DNA of 64,000 bases from Saccostrea cucullata (Eukaryota), in NCBI RefSeq assembly GCF_032062105.1, contig NW_026928083.1:186001-250000 (forward strand). The letters run 5' to 3'. The position numbers and the translations under genes are program-made. This document shows positions 25,901 to 37,700 of this stretch, one piece after another (the stretch's first letter is position 1; every line of letters starts with the position of its first letter). The notes under the pieces were generated by a model that was not told the origin of the DNA, made no database searches, and saw only the letters and a program-made list of their open reading frames with translations.

Positions 25901-28900
25901 TCTTGCCTACTATGACGTCATAATGCAGCACTGATATAGCCAAGGTAGAAAATTTTGTATGCTTCCTTATTCCCCCTGCGTGTAAATATCATCTTACCAC
26001 TCCATACAGGTCCTTGTTAGCTCCCTTGGTGAGGACGCAGTAAGCTCCCTTCTTCACGGTGAGGATCTCCTCGTCTTTGTCCTTGCCTTTCTCCTCCCCG
26101 TTCCACTTGGCTTGTTTGGACTCCGAGATATCAGCCCCCAACCCCAGACCCTTGGGGCGAAGTGTCGCAATGACAGGTGTAAAATTCCTACAATAATAAT
26201 TATTGAAATTGTCAGAAATATTACATTGATTCCATTTTCTTTTTCATTTGAAAGGATGAAGAAAAAATAAATAGGAGCATATCATAATGACATCATGTGT
26301 TAAATGCTTATGGTAAGATCAAGCAATTCTGAGTTCTTACTTCCTACTTGGTTGGTTTCACTATGTTCTTAGAAACTTCTGACAAGGTAAGTCATACAGA
26401 CTATTGAATATTTTTACCATGCAAAGCAATAAATAGCAAATTATTTGTATTTTGCAACAATATTTGCCTATCCCTACCCAATCCCTCTTTAAATGTAGGT
26501 CAAACTTGCAGAGACGTGAATCTTTATACATTTTATCAATTACAAAATTTAAACAAAGAAAGCTTAACAGATGGACGAGTTAAAACAGTGAATCATTTAT
26601 ACTGTCATTATACTTTTATTTCTGAAAAGATAATGACTTACTTTTTATTTTTTCCAATGCCCTCTCCTTCTTTCCACCCCATTCCTTTTAACATGGCCAC
26701 ACCAAAGTTTTCTATTGGAATCTCCTCATAATCTGCCTCCTCTGGCTGTAAACAAAATCAAAAGGTCTTCTAAGCACTTTCAAAACATGTATAAATTATA
26801 TGTACAAAAAAAAGTTCTATTCGTTAGCAAAAAAAAAAAAAACTTCTCAGATAAATTTAGGTTAAAAAAAATATATGAAGATTAATAATACGGTTGATTT
26901 TCATAACTACATCCTGTACATTATGTATTTTAATAAATTGTATAATATTCTATTCTAGGTTTTATTAACTTACTTCATCGGGTCTTAGCGAAACGTCTAG
27001 TTTCTCATCTGTTTCAAATCCCTCTGGAACTTTATTCTGCATTAGCAAAGGAATGGCTAGGTCAGAGTTGTCTACCTTTCCCTGTTCCTTCCAAGCCTCA
27101 TTCCTTCTGGCAGCATCTAAAAGTAGACCACATCACCTTGTTAATGTTATAGTCAGCATTACATACTGAAATTAAATTCGTAATGTAAATACAGAGCATC
27201 TAGTGGAAAAAGATTAGTATCATTTTAATTATTTCATTCTTATTGAAAATCAAATAGGAAAAAATATAACCATTATGATTTCAACAATTTTTTTTCTTTG
27301 TTTTTGAGATTTAGCTAAAAGTAGGCAGACCACAATATTTGGTGAATGTACAAATGATAATAAGTTACCCTCTATAATTTCTCTGACGGCCTCATCCTCC
27401 GCCTCGTCTCTCTGTTTATCGGACTTCAATCCTGACCTCCAGTCATTCTTCTGAATCAGAGGGATCACATACTCCTTCTTCTCTTTCTCTGGCTTTGATC
27501 TGAAACAGAATAAGATAAAACGAAATCAGAAAACATAAATAAATCAGTATTTTCCTCAGACTTTAAAAATGTTAACACCACTAGCTTTGCTAAAATTTGT
27601 TTTAAAAAGTTTTTGTAATTTCAATTAAGTCATGTACAACATGTTGTCCCTGTGACTACAGGAGTTCACGATTCTATCTATAAAATCAATTAGAACCAAC
27701 AGGAATGCAATGAGTCCAGGGAGAAATTGACCAGTTTGCTTTTAATCAAAGCTTATTTAGTCCAACAAAAATTGAAATCAAACTAGAAGTATCGTAACCA
27801 TTGAGGTCACTAAATGATACCCACCCCTCCAATATGAATATATAAATGGCAGTGTCCAAGTATAGCTATGGGAAACACAAAATATCTGTCTGATCAAAAA
27901 GAAAAATAGGAGATGCACAATGACAATATGTAGTAAAGATTCTTGAAAGTCTCTTCAAATTTCATTCAGTGGTATGAGAGGAGTTGCAGAGATGGATACC
28001 CCAAATGGCCAAAACCATAAAAGACGGATGGACATAAAAAGGACGTACAAATGTCCCAATTACTAGAAACCCCCACGCTTTTCAAGCGGGGGGTATAACA
28101 ATATTACTCCACTTAAATTTTAGCTTTCTTATCCTTCTTGCATACCCACTTTCTTCAAGGTTCGCAGTGAATGCATCATCATACAATACCTTCTTGGTAC
28201 ATGTGGTAAAAAGATTGTTAAATGTTTACGTAAAATCAAAGAAAAAAGGTATTGACAGCATTCGATTAGGGTTTTAAATCTTATTTCAGTTGAAAAAAGT
28301 TTGATATAAATGCTGACTAGCTGAAATAAGCAGTTGGTAAGATCTAAAGGTCCATTTCTCCAAAAATTTGTTGGATTCCTGTTTGCAATGTTAACACATA
28401 GCTCATGGCTCAATCAACTGAGTGATTTCTACTAACTTAAAGTCTTTATTGATAAAATTTGAACTCCTGTGTCGTGGCCATATGCAGCTAAACAGCCTGA
28501 GTCCTCTTGAATTCTGTACTATACTACTAAGAAGTGTGAAGAATATTCCATAGAAGTATTTTTCTCTGTGGAATTACTTTACGGTATGTATGTACACAGG
28601 CACAAAAATTTTTTAATACTTTTAATACGGCAATTATAAAGTTATTTCATTGACTAACAAAAATTGGAAAAAATAGAGAACCCGAAAGATTATCTTGTTT
28701 GTTATCCTTGATTTTATTTAACATATATTTGAATCATTTATGTACAAGAGCATTTGGTGTGGAGATTAAATTTCCTTGACGTCAGCTGATGGCGATCGTT
28801 CGGACAAAATTTAAAGTTTGCATTAATTTTAGTAGATAGCATTAAACACACGTTGGATTTAAACTTTAGGAAGAAATGTATGGTGAGAAATATCATATTC

Positions 28901-30414
28901 GAACCCAATGCTACATGCAAACCGGTAGGCATACTTGATTTATGTGTTAAATTGAAGCCTGTGTAACGGGAGAGGAGAAAATGCAGTGGACCAGACCAGG
29001 ATTCGAACCCGGGCCCCCTGAAACTCCAGTCAGGTGCTCTACCAACTGAGCTATCTGGCCAACAGCCATCGAACCCAGCTGACCGCCACATTCCTCCCTC
29101 CTGAATGGTCTTTGGCCCTCCAAAGATCCCAACCCAGGCTCATCCCTGGCAGGCCTTTCACCTGTGAATTCCAGGGCATGGCACAGCACCAAATGTAATG
29201 GGAGAGGAGAAAATGCAGCGGACCAGACAGGGATTCAAACCCCGACCCCCTGAAACTTCTGTCAGGTGCTCTACCAACTGAGCTATCTGGCCACCGGGGA
29301 TCGAACCCGGCTGACTGCCACAAATGAATCGAGCAGGGGGTCAATATGGCGTTGCAAACTTGTGTATTTATAGCGAGCGCAGCGAGGCGGCGTGAAGCGC
29401 CGCTCGTGTAGCAAGCTCAATAGACTAAAGTGTACGAACGGAGGAAATTCAGGTTGAAATCTGCACATTGTTCCAAGAAATTTTTATGAGTCCACGTGAA
29501 AAAATTCTAAATTCCCAATAATCCTTTGCGGTGCATGGCAACATGGTGGCTAAAACATAGCAACAACTTACTTGAAAAAAATTACAAACAACAATTTAAT
29601 GCAATCTCCATGCCACAAAACTATCGTTTGCGTTCTAAGTCAACAAGACTTCTTATTTGACATCATACTTTTGTCACATAAAAGCTCAGGTATTGCCGAT
29701 TTTGTCGGAAACTTCCGAAAAGTTCGGAATCTCGATCCCGATGCCTGGGAAGTGATTTTTTTTTAATAATTCTTTTCTTCTTTTTTAATGAACTAGCTGA
29801 GGATAGGCAGTGCAAGTCAAAGCTGTGTAAATGTTTTTGATTCTAAATAACTGTGCTCGCCCCAACGGTCGCACCGTAGAATATATTATATAGAGGGGGT
29901 AGAATTTTTCAATATTTGGCTAATTTAGCGACTTATTGATAAAAATTCAGGTGTCTGTGGTATGTTGATAGTCAAAATTTTTAAATAATAAAGGTCTCAT
30001 TGTATAAACACATATATATACATGGTGTACCCAAAGTTTTGTAAATTTGTCGAGGCAAACTCAGAAATCTGCACAATTTTCTAAACTACCAGCGAATCTG
30101 ACACTTCTGTTGATTAATGAGTTAGGGCTTTTTTGACGAAATACTTCAATATAAGAATATGCTTTTCTTTTTTCACTCCAAGGTAAATACGATAACAAAA
30201 ATGCCGATTACGATTTACTCTACAGCAGTGAGTAGGAAAAACCGTCTGAAAACTGATTCAAGACTAACCCTTTTATGGTTTTGTTATCAACTGAAGTTAC
30301 ATAGTCAATTGAATCGTCTTCTTTCTTTTCATTTTCTGCCGCCACTGATTTACTAAGGTCTTTTCTCTCAACTTTCTTTGAAAAGCCAAAAGAAAGAGGC
30401 TTCGTCTCCGCCAT
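19932..30414 (-). CDS. GPKOW: G-patch domain and KOW motifs-containing protein (Spp2/MOS2 family splicing factor); exons 30414-30269, 27499-27369, 27116-26974, 26745-26642, 26187-25998, 24592-24460, 21589-21259, 21010-20899, 20709-20640, 20413-20328, 20072-19932
   Basis: Eleven GT-AG exons join in frame. N-terminal [23 protein letters not shown]; G-patch [28 protein letters not shown]...[10 protein letters not shown]; KOW1; RS-rich linker; C-terminal [21 protein letters not shown]...LETVIPK...[10 protein letters not shown]. Confidence 0.95.
20200..20285. repeat. Exact 43-bp tandem duplication in the last GPKOW intron
   Basis: tatttaaagaaagaaatctcttgaggaaaaagaatttaaatca starts at 20200 and 20243. 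Confidence 0.9.
22771..23050 (+). mobile_element. Degenerate tRNA-derived SINE with V-domain-like core
   Basis: A box (gtggcgcaattg), B box (ggttcgaatcc), core gatgagac..taaaccga..tccc and (aaac)n tail. The body resembles the copy at 48330-48581. Confidence 0.7.
23928..24248 (+). mobile_element. Short HINE/Helentron-type non-autonomous element
   Basis: 5' aacaagagatgtttgtgaaacac, core aagtccaaggggcataactct, ggac/gacag microsatellite remnant and 3' hairpin ccctcc(c)tt-cttc-aaaggaggg. The same 5' end occurs in the 34.8-39.0 kb elements. Confidence 0.7.
24982..25966. mobile_element. Probable non-autonomous TTAA-targeting (Kolobok-like) DNA transposon
   Basis: ttaa-ggaagcata ... tatgcttcc-ttat termini; non-coding interior. 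Confidence 0.5.
27781..28100 (+). mobile_element. Short HINE/Helentron-type element
   Basis: 5' aactagaa, gacggatggac microsatellite remnant, 3' hairpin ccccacgctt-ttc-aagcggggg followed by tataa. Confidence 0.55.
28962..29322 (-). mobile_element. TRIM (miniature LTR retrotransposon) with tRNA-derived LTRs (Helenus-type), in GPKOW intron 1
   Basis: Two 129-bp TG...CA direct repeats (28962-29090, 29194-29322) flank a 103-bp interior. On the - strand, PBS TGGTGCTGTGCC (tRNA-His-like) starts 2 nt after the 5' LTR and PPT AGGAGGGAGGAA abuts the 3' LTR. Each LTR contains a cloverleaf with A and B boxes. Confidence 0.85.
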
Positions 30415-30423
30415 GTTTATTTT

Positions 30424-30433
30424 CACCGGAAGT
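30424..30433 (-). promoter_or_regulatory. ETS (GABPA/ELK-type) motif just upstream of the GPKOW ATG
   Basis: caccggaagt is ACTTCCGGTG on the - strand. The same 10-mer lies at 13251 and 46639, each near a gene start. Confidence 0.5.
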
Positions 30434-32585
30434 CGTGAAACTTACGTTGACAAAAGAGTTTCTTTAAGGGTAGACAACTCCCCCCCCCCCCCCCCCCAAA
30501 AAAAAGATGTTCTTTTCTATATACATTTATTTAATTATAAGCAGTACAAGAAGTATTCTTCTGATTCATGCACATGAAATCATAAACTAATAAAAAAAAA
30601 ACACACAGTTTTAACGCTTCAAGTATAGCCAAAGTAGTCAGATCAAGATAAAAAGTTTTAATAAAAAGTCTTAGATATTGTCAGGCCAAATCTTTTAGTT
30701 TCTATGAACCTCGATGAGGTAGCCCTTTCCCAACCGACTGGGAAAAAAAAGTTCCAACTCAAAATTTTTTTAACCTACAGTACAAGAAGCAATTTTTTAA
30801 TGCATTCTGGATATTAGATTTTGAAAATTAAGCATTGATCATGCAGTGATAAAATTTTCTAGGAAAGAAATTCTACCCACCAATCCGGCATTTATTTAAT
30901 TCTTAGTCGTAAATGGCAAACACACATTACTTTAAAGTTACTGAACAAAAAAAAAAATAAAAAAAATAACCCCTCACCCATCACCACGATTTCGTATTGA
31001 ATTAGATTTATGAGTTGGACAATATCCCTCCTTTTCGCTGAGATTATTTATGACCCCATACCCGCCCCCTTAAACAACATAACATGTACGCAAGTTAATT
31101 AAAGCCCCTGGAAAATAATATATACAGTGTATATAATATCCTTGAAAGTATAGCCATATACTGTACCAAGAAATAATGTTTTGGATACTATTATAATAGT
31201 ATATAAATATGGCATTTCCCCCTCAATATAATAAACAAAAACATAAGATCTATATCAAGAAAAAATAAAATTTATGAACAGAATCATCCTACTTTTTCAT
31301 CTTTGAATATATTGCTTTCCTTTTTTATTACGTTTAATTTTAAACAAATAAAGTCACAGTTTAAAAAAAAAACCTAAAATAATCTAAATTTACTACCCAT
31401 AACTTTTTAAAATCGTCATATAAAGTTAGTTCATGGTATGTACATTTATTTTGTCAATTCAATATTTTAATATAAAACATAAACAAATTCCAATATCGTT
31501 ACACAAAATTTTATTATATCGATAGTCATAAAATGAATGAAATAATCGGAATTAAAATTAAGAAATTAAAAATTGGAATTATTCGTTGTTAATGATCTTC
31601 AAATAAAATCTTTCAATTTTGTGATTGTACACCGAATGACTCAGTAAAAAAATGAGAAAAAGAAAATTTAAATAAATAAATTAATTTGTTTACTATAAAA
31701 CTAATCATAATAATTTTTATTCGTTTTTTTTCTTTGAAAATAAAAAAAAGTTATACATCTCATGGCACATTGACAACGCATGCACCATGTATTTATTTAA
31801 GGAGAATACCTAGTCCTTGACACGGCCCCTGAAACCCCTTACTGACAATTTTACAAATCGTTATAAAAACTCCGTACGACGAGGTGCGGACGTCGGGGTG
31901 CTGTCACATGCTGGTTTCATGGACTGGGTCGTTACATTTCAACACAGGGGTGTCTCTGAACAGGTTTATTGAAAATAGTAAAGGAATCGTATAAAATCTT
32001 ACCTACAGGTTTCAAAAATGAATTCTCCCAGGGTTATATATATTGAAAATAACTAATAATTAATTTATCTGATTGATTTTCCTTAATTGTTAAAGAAAGA
32101 TTTCCAAGTCTACAAATTGGTAAGTCTTTACTTTGTCTTTTCACTTAATACAATGTTAATTAAAAAAATATTAATTAGGTTTAGTATTATAATACGATAA
32201 GTGAATTTGATGAAGGAAATCAAATCAAAAATACTTTGATAAAATAAAGAAACTAAAAAAAAAATAATAATTAATTATATAAATATATATTTCTAAATTT
32301 TTATATGCCAATAATTAATTTTATTGGAAAAATGTTTTCCACCCCCTCCAATTTTTCGTTTTTTTCCTGGTATAATTTTATCATGAATGCAAATTCTGTT
32401 AGACTAGTGTAAATTATATATTTTTATGATATACACATGAAAAGATAAATATTCTGCAGACACCCGGCCCGTGTAATGTTTAATAATTCAACTTCTTACG
32501 TGATTACGATTGTTAGGATGTTAATACATTTATTTAGTTCAATTTCCTAAATTTCAAAAATTCAATATATTTAAAGAACTATATG

Positions 32586-33141
32586 CGGTATATTGCATAT
32601 ACTTGCCCCCACAAAAGTTACATTTTGAAAACTTCATGAAATGTGCTGAATTCAATAAATTGTATGTGAAATATAAATTAACAGAACATATTATAGTTTC
32701 AAAGCAGTTTATTCACAATTTTTGTTTTTATGACGTCACAAACTAGTCCAATTTTAGAATTTTTTTCAGAAAGAGGACAAAATGGACAAAATTTCAAAAA
32801 TTTTAGCTTTTAAATTTATAGAGCGCATGTTTGTTCAGGATTAATATTTACATATTTCATTGATATTATCATTCTACACATTATATCAAAATATTGATCC
32901 TGAACACACATGCGCTCGGTGACTTTTACTCAAAATATCGGCGAAATATGTACATTTTTCTGTAGAATTCATTTAAAACTGAAATTTACGTCATGTTTGT
33001 GACGTCATTACGTACATATGACGTCATTACTTATGAAAATATTCAGTGCTTTGTAGTCAGCATATACTCCCCTGTTTAAGAACTTAATTAAATATACCTC
33101 CATCAAAGTTTGATTTGGGGGGCAAATATTGGTTATTACCG
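32586..33141. mobile_element. MITE-like element with imperfect TIRs and an internal hairpin
   Basis: cggtatattgcatatacttgccccc / ggggggcaaatattggttattaccg termini. Internal IR gagcgcatgtttgttcaggattaatattt (32821-32849) / aaatattgatcctgaacacacatgcgctc (32889-32917). Confidence 0.5.
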
Positions 33142-33554
33142 AATAAAGTTCTTTGATATTTTAGTTCTTAAATCTAAATTTTCAAACAGGTTACAAAATT
33201 TTAACATAATTATTTAGATTTTTACCATAAATGTTTAAAATTCAAATGTAAAAAAAAAAAAAAAAAAAAAAACGATTATCTTAATTTAAACTCTTGAGTT
33301 TTTAATTCTCTTAGACTTATTCTTTTATTCTTGAGTAGTATTGTTTAAAACTGTTTAAGCAATACATGTATGAGCTGCAAATTTGATGTTGGAATTTAGT
33401 TGCAAAATTGTAAATAACTATTTCAATGACAGAAAAAATAACGTTAAGAAACTTATGTTGTTCATATTTGTGATGGAAAAACCTATTTATAAGCTTCTAT
33501 TGAATCAAAATTACATTGTCGTCCTGTACAATAATGAATTCTTGTATAAAACTG

Positions 33555-34066
33555 TTTATTATATGATTGAATAATTTCCGTCTCTCTGATTGGCTGAGAT
33601 CCAACTATGTTAGAAAAATACTACGTTGTATTGACCTGCACGTGACGTTCTAGGTGAATGCAAGGATTTATTTTCTCTACATTGATCTAAAAATAGATCA
33701 GGAAATTCCAAATTGATACAAATTGTTTTGGAAAGCTATTTAAACGACTATGACTTTTTTGTGTGACCGAATATATATTTTCGGGTGAGGGTGGTAAGAG
33801 GGAATGCAGGGAACCCCCTCCAACTCTTTTACTGAACAACAATTTTTACTTTCTGGCAGTCAGTTTTCCCTGATAATACTTCTTCCTTTCAAAATTTATC
33901 CCATAAAAAGACTGACATTATATATTTTTTCATGGCAACTAAAATTGATAAAAAAAAATTGATACGACTGGTAAGGTTTATTTACATTTTGCTTCGATTT
34001 CTCTCTTGTATTGGCTTGCAAACAAGTAATGAGCTGTATCATTTTATCAGTGAATCATATAATAAA
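33555..34066. mobile_element. Non-autonomous element with 14-bp terminal inverted repeats (Crypton-like)
   Basis: tttattatatgatt (33555-33568) / aatcatataataaa (34053-34066), with subterminal ctgattggctga and cacgtgac motifs. Family assignment is inference. Confidence 0.45.
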
Positions 34067-34769
34067 ACAATTATTAATTTTCGGGGTTCTCACCATACTG
34101 CTGCTGCTATTATGTCTGTCAATAAAAAAAAACTTTGGTATTAAACATGTTTGTTTTAAACATACATTCTTCAAATGATAAATATATAATATAGTCTTTA
34201 TGAATAAATTGACTCTACCATGCAGAATTTAATTCAATAAATTCAATTGATAAAACTTTTGAAATATACTTTTTTTAGTTACTTATGGTGTTTCCAGTTT
34301 TTCACAATATACTTTTCTGTGTAATGTGTTGATTAACGATTCAATCGGACAACCTTCATATACATATTGAAAAATATATTAAATTCAAGATTATGTAACT
34401 CTTTTCCCTGAAGAAGTAGGCATTTTTTAATATTAATTTTTAGTTCAAGGATGGATTCTTGTGTTTTCTTGCTAAATGTTATATTCAAAGTATATTTAGA
34501 TGAAAGAGATTTAAAATATTGTATTTATCTTTCCTCAACACAATTGTACAAGTAGAATGGGAAGTGTGAAAACTGGGTTTGAAATATAACAGGGGCGAAA
34601 TGGCATATAAATAGTGGTGTAAAATTAATAGTTAGGGAATCAGTTTAAAAATATATCAAACCATAAAAAATAATCATAAACATCTTCATACAGATGTACT
34701 TCATTTCAATTCTCACTGATGTACATGTAAGAGGTACATGTTTACATATATGGAAAATGACAAAATGAC

Positions 34770-37700
34770 AAAATGTGTTTATGAAACACTGATGCCCCCG
34801 TATTTACAACATAGTGAAGATTAAACTTTTCTTAAATTCAAATTTAATATTATATTGGTACCCAAAGAAGGGTCCCCTAGCTGGAAATACAACTGTCATG
34901 TGAAATATGAAAGCCTTATCATCATTTGTTCCCAAGTTATGACCAGCTTAAAGTTCATAAGTACAGAAATCTTTAATATCAAGGCCAGGAGGTCAAGGCT
35001 ATTGATATCCAACTTAAGGTCTTGCCACAAAAAATACATATGTGAAGTATGAAAGCCCTAGTCATTACTGTTTAAAAATTATTGCTAAGGTTAACATTTT
35101 TATATTTAATGTTCGATAATATCAAAGGTCAAGGTCAAAATGTATTTTCTGTAGCAAGAACTTTTATTAGATTTCAAGAACCTTGGCCTTTTGACCTTGA
35201 TATTGGAGATTTCTGTACTAGTGAAAAAAATTAACCGTACTTTTGCCATAACTTTTGAACAGAAAGGGGTAGAGCTTTCATACTTCATACATTTAATTCT
35301 TGTAAGAAGACCCTTCATTGGATACCAAGAACTTTGATCCTTCGACATTGACCATGGAGTTTGACATACTTTAAAAAAAAAGAAACCTTGACCATATCTT
35401 TTAAAGGGTTAGAGCTAGTGCTTTTTTTATACTTTATTTATTGTGACAAGAATTTTCATTTGATATTGAGACCTTTGACCCTTTGACCTTGTCCTTGGAG
35501 TTTGACCTACTTTTAGAACCTTAGCCATAACTTTTGAACCGTGAGTGCTAGGGCTTCCATACTTCACATATTTATTCTTTGTAGTAAGACCGTTAATTGG
35601 AAACCAATATCCTTTAACTTTTGACCTTGACCATAGAGATTTTCTTGCTTATGTAAAACTTTGATCTTGGCAATAACTTTTGACCGGTTAGAGCTAAGGT
35701 TTTCATACTACACATATGTATTATTTCTGGCAAAACCTTTTATTGGATACCAATAACCTTGACATTTAAACATTGACCATAGAGATTTCCGGACTTATGT
35801 AGAAACATTAATCTTGGCAATAACTTTTTTACGGTTAGGGCTAGGACTTCCTTTTGACCTTGATCTTGAAGAGTTCTGTACTTATGAAAAAACCTGACCA
35901 TAACTTGGGAACAGATGGTGATAGGGCTTTTATATTTCACAATTGTTTTCTGTCAGGAGACCATACTTGGGTACCAATATATTAAATTTGCATTTACGAA
36001 AGTTTAATCTTCACTCTGTTGCCATACGGGGGGCATCAGTGTTTCACAGACACATCTTGTTTTCTTATATTCTAAAAAAAATTATATAGAATTAGTATTA
36101 CATCTTTCCAGCACAACAATTTTTGATATTCATATAGTATATCAATTTTTTTATTTTGAATAAATTGATTGTTCCCATGACCTCAATGCATTCTTTATTA
36201 ATTACTTACTGCTCGGATAATTATATTTTTGAAAATTTCTCCTGGTAAAACCTTTTTCTACTCTAAACTGCTTTGAAGTAGTTTCAGAGTATTTAATACA
36301 GGATGGATATTTGAGGTTAGAAAATTATGTCCTTGGGTAGGATACCTTAAGGATCGAGGGAAGACTGTATATGTCCCCGTAAACGAAGTTCGTCTGTCTA
36401 GCTGTCTGTCTAATAACTGTATGTTTGTCTGCAAAAATTTTACCTTAAGTTATGGCTTTCATATTTCACATATGACAAGACCTTTCCATGGGTACCACAA
36501 AATTTGACCTTTTGAACTTGACCTTGGAGATTGACCTACTTTTATACAAATAATTTCAAAGTTTTACTTATGCGCATCTTTTGAAAAGTAGTACTTCATA
36601 TATGCATTTTGTTTGGAAAGACTTTTCATTGAGTACAAACAACTTTAACCTTTTGACCTTGACCTTGGAGATTTCCCTACTTATGGAAAAACTTTAACTT
36701 GGCCATAACTTTTTAACGTTAAGGGCTAGGGCTTTCATACTTCTCACATATAATCCTTGTGAAAAGTCCTTTCATTGGATAGAACTTTGACCCTTTGACC
36801 TTGGAATTTGACCTATTTTTAAAATACAACTTTGAACATAATTTTTAAAGGATTAGGACTAGGGTTTTCATACTTAATATATTTAATTCTTGTGACAAGA
36901 CCTTTCATTTGATATAAAGAACCTTGACCCTTTGACCATGACTTAGGAGTTTGACCAATTTTTACACAAACAAGATGTATTTGTGAAACACTATGCGCCC
37001 GGCGACAACAAAATAACAAAAATCTATTTTTAGCATATAGGTCACAGTCAAGGTCACAATTTCATTGATATTAATGTTGTTTGAAAGAAATTTTGTTGTG
37101 GAGTATGCATACCAAATATGAAGTCTATGTCTTCGAAAATATCTATTTTTTTAGCATTAAGGTCACAGTCAAGGTCACAAGGTCAACGACTTTGGTGTCA
37201 TTTGTATGAGCTTTATCAGTAAAGTATGCATACCAAGTTTGAAGTCTCTATCTCCTTTGTTTTCCTAAGTTATGGAAAAAGTTTGAAAAAGCTATTTTGA
37301 ATCTTTAACAGTATAATAAGAACCGGTGACCATTTAACATAGTAAACAGACCCTTTATTATATTAAACACACCTTGTATTCTGTGCGCTTCGCCCTTTAA
37401 CAAGGAGTGGTGACCATTTAACATAAAGAACCGACCAAATTTTATTGAACGCACCATGTATTATGTGCGCTTCACCCTTTATTTTCACCCTTGATTTTTA
37501 TGCGCCCCGATCGATAGATCCGAGGCGTATATTGTTTTTGTCCTGTCTCTTTATCTGTTTATCTGTCTGTCTGCTGAACCTGAACTTTAACCTTCGCCAT
37601 AACTTTTGAATCTTGAAATATAGAGACTTCATGTTTGGTATGCATACTCCTCTAATAAAGTTCTTTTATAAGACAACAAGTTCAGAGACCTTGACTGTGA

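Noticed and set aside
28988-29292. Two functional tRNA genes
   Set aside because: The 8-nt anticodon loops differ between copies, there is no clear oligo-T terminator context beyond TTTT, and both sit inside LTRs with PBS and PPT.
28738-29468. Overlapping ORFs of 61-117 aa
   Set aside because: By-products of the GC-rich TRIM; no protein motifs.
31800-32130. GC-richer patch with splice-like signals, possibly a gene or the FoxH 5' exon
   Set aside because: No ORF and nothing in the sequence links it to a gene; it needs RNA data.
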